Source: an uncultured Rikenellaceae bacterium
GTDB taxonomy: Bacteria; Bacteroidota; Bacteroidia; Bacteroidales; VadinHA17
Reading direction: 5' to 3'
DNA: 64,000 nt
Assembly (NCBI GenBank): GCA_964577305.1
Contig: CAZNYS010000008.1
Span: 12,635-76,634, forward strand
Under the pieces are notes generated by a model that saw nothing but the letters and a program-made list of their open reading frames with translations, did not search any database and was not told the origin of the DNA. The position numbers and the translations under genes are program-made. Position 1 is the first letter of the stretch. The number at the start of each line of letters is the position of its first letter. Shown here piece after piece: positions 63,019 through 64,000 of this stretch.

Positions 63019-64000
63019 CAATAGTTTTAATAATTGTATCGACTGCATAATCAATTTCTTCATTATTAATTATAAGCGGTGGAGATATACGAAATGAGTC
63101 CCTGCAGAAAAGAAATTGATCAAGTATCAGGCCATTTTTTGTTCCCTGTGAAATAAATTTACCTGTCATATCTGTCGAGGATAGTTTCACAGCAAGGAAC
63201 AAACCTTCTCCCCTTATCTCCTCGATATTTTTATGCCTTAATTTTCCCCGGAACCTTTCTCCCTTTTCCACAGCAGTAAGATGTAATTCATTATCTGTAA
63301 TATATTCCAGTGCAGCCAATCCTGCAGCACATGATACCGGGTGGCCTCCGAATGTAGTAATATGTCCTAATGCAGGATTATCTGACAGGGTTGATATGAT
63401 TTTCTTTGATGAGACAAATGCTCCCAGGGGCATACCACCGCCAAGCGATTTTGCCAGGCATATTATGTCAGGTACAACTTTGTATCGTTCATAAGCAAAC
63501 ATGGTTCCGGTTCTGCCGAAACCTGTTTGTATCTCATCAAAAATGAGCAATGATCCTGTTTGATTGCATCTGTTTCTTATCTCAGTAAGAAAGTCATTCT
63601 GTGGTGTTATTATTCCGGCTTCAGCCTGTATGGGTTCAACTATAACAGCAGCCACATTCTTATCAATCACCGACAAGGAATCATTATTATTGAATTCAGC
63701 CTGCACCATGTCAGGAACCAGTGGCATAAAATTGGATTTAAAGGTGTTTTCACCGTAAAGGCTCATAGCCCCCAGTGTTGAACCATGATAGGCATTTTTA
63801 AATGAAACCACCCGTGAACGTGAGGTAAATCGCCTTGCTGTTTTTATTGCCCCTTCAACTGCCTCAGAACCGGAATTCACAAAATAAACGGTTTCAAAAT
63901 GACCCTTAAGCACATCGATCAGTTTTTTGGCATAATTTACCTGAGGGGATTGTACAAGTTCACCGTAAACCATCAGGTGCATATATTTATCAAGCTGTTC
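63005..64000 (-). CDS. Class III PLP aminotransferase (acetylornithine/GABA aminotransferase-like); N-terminus outside the window
   Basis: LIFDEIQTGFGRTGTMFAYE...ICLAKSLGGGMPLGAF is present. The frame stays open past the listed Met (63982) to the window edge. Confidence 0.85.
   Translation of the reverse strand, partial: EQLDKYMHLMVYGELVQSPQVNYAKKLIDVLKGHFETVYFVNSGSEAVEGAIKTARRFTSRSRVVSFKNAYHGSTLGAMSLYGENTFKSNFMPLVPDMVQAEFNNNDSLSVIDKNVAAVIVEPIQAEAGIITPQNDFLTEIRNRCNQTGSLLIFDEIQTGFGRTGTMFAYERYKVVPDIICLAKSLGGGMPLGAFVSSKKIISTLSDNPALGHITTFGGHPVSCAAGLAALEYITDNELHLTAVEKGERFRGKLRHKNIEEIRGEGLFLAVKLSSTDMTGKFISQGTKNGLILDQFLFCRDSFRISPPLIINNEEIDYAVDTIIKTIDEIS

Overview
AT-rich chromosomal segment that looks like Bacteroidota (Bacteroidales-like). 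Supporting signs are TAnnTTTG -7 promoter boxes 19-30 nt upstream of many start codons, a T9SS type-B C-terminal sorting domain protein, GH78/GH95/DPP4 genes, and a Na+-pumping methylmalonyl-CoA decarboxylase. Coding density is high and the content is mostly core metabolism. (1) One long minus-strand array runs 7899->711: methylmalonyl-CoA epimerase, mmdA/D/C/B, a fused citD-citE, citF, and a rubredoxin missed by the ORF track. (2) A Tat-exported DUF362 protein plus a membrane polyferredoxin lie divergent to larC-larE-larB and a WbqC-like gene, with no larA in the window. (3) An outer-membrane barrel gene sits with two paralogous secreted proteins of extreme Tyr-rich / Ser-Arg-rich composition. 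(4) proS and tilS are present. (5) An aromatic amino-acid operon (aminotransferase, DAHP synthase/chorismate mutase, aroB, aroA, aroC, tyrA) is preceded by what I read as a Tyr/Phe leader-peptide attenuator. (6) The rest includes nth, a cytoplasmic hybrid histidine kinase, a T9SS cargo operon, pyk-aroQ, xerD, an HMA-fused metal permease, glycosidases, ppdK-pckA-plsY, aspC, htpG and a partial class-III aminotransferase. I recognised no rRNA, tRNA, CRISPR array, transposase or phage gene. The points I would follow up first are the orphan nickel-pincer cofactor genes next to DUF362/polyferredoxin, the Tyr/Ser-Arg protein pair, the aromatic attenuator, and a family of intergenic short-period (7-11 nt) tandem-repeat arms in inverted orientation, one pair of which encloses a GC-rich about 300-nt core. 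All functional calls rest on my recognition of family motifs in the translated ORFs. No database search was run.
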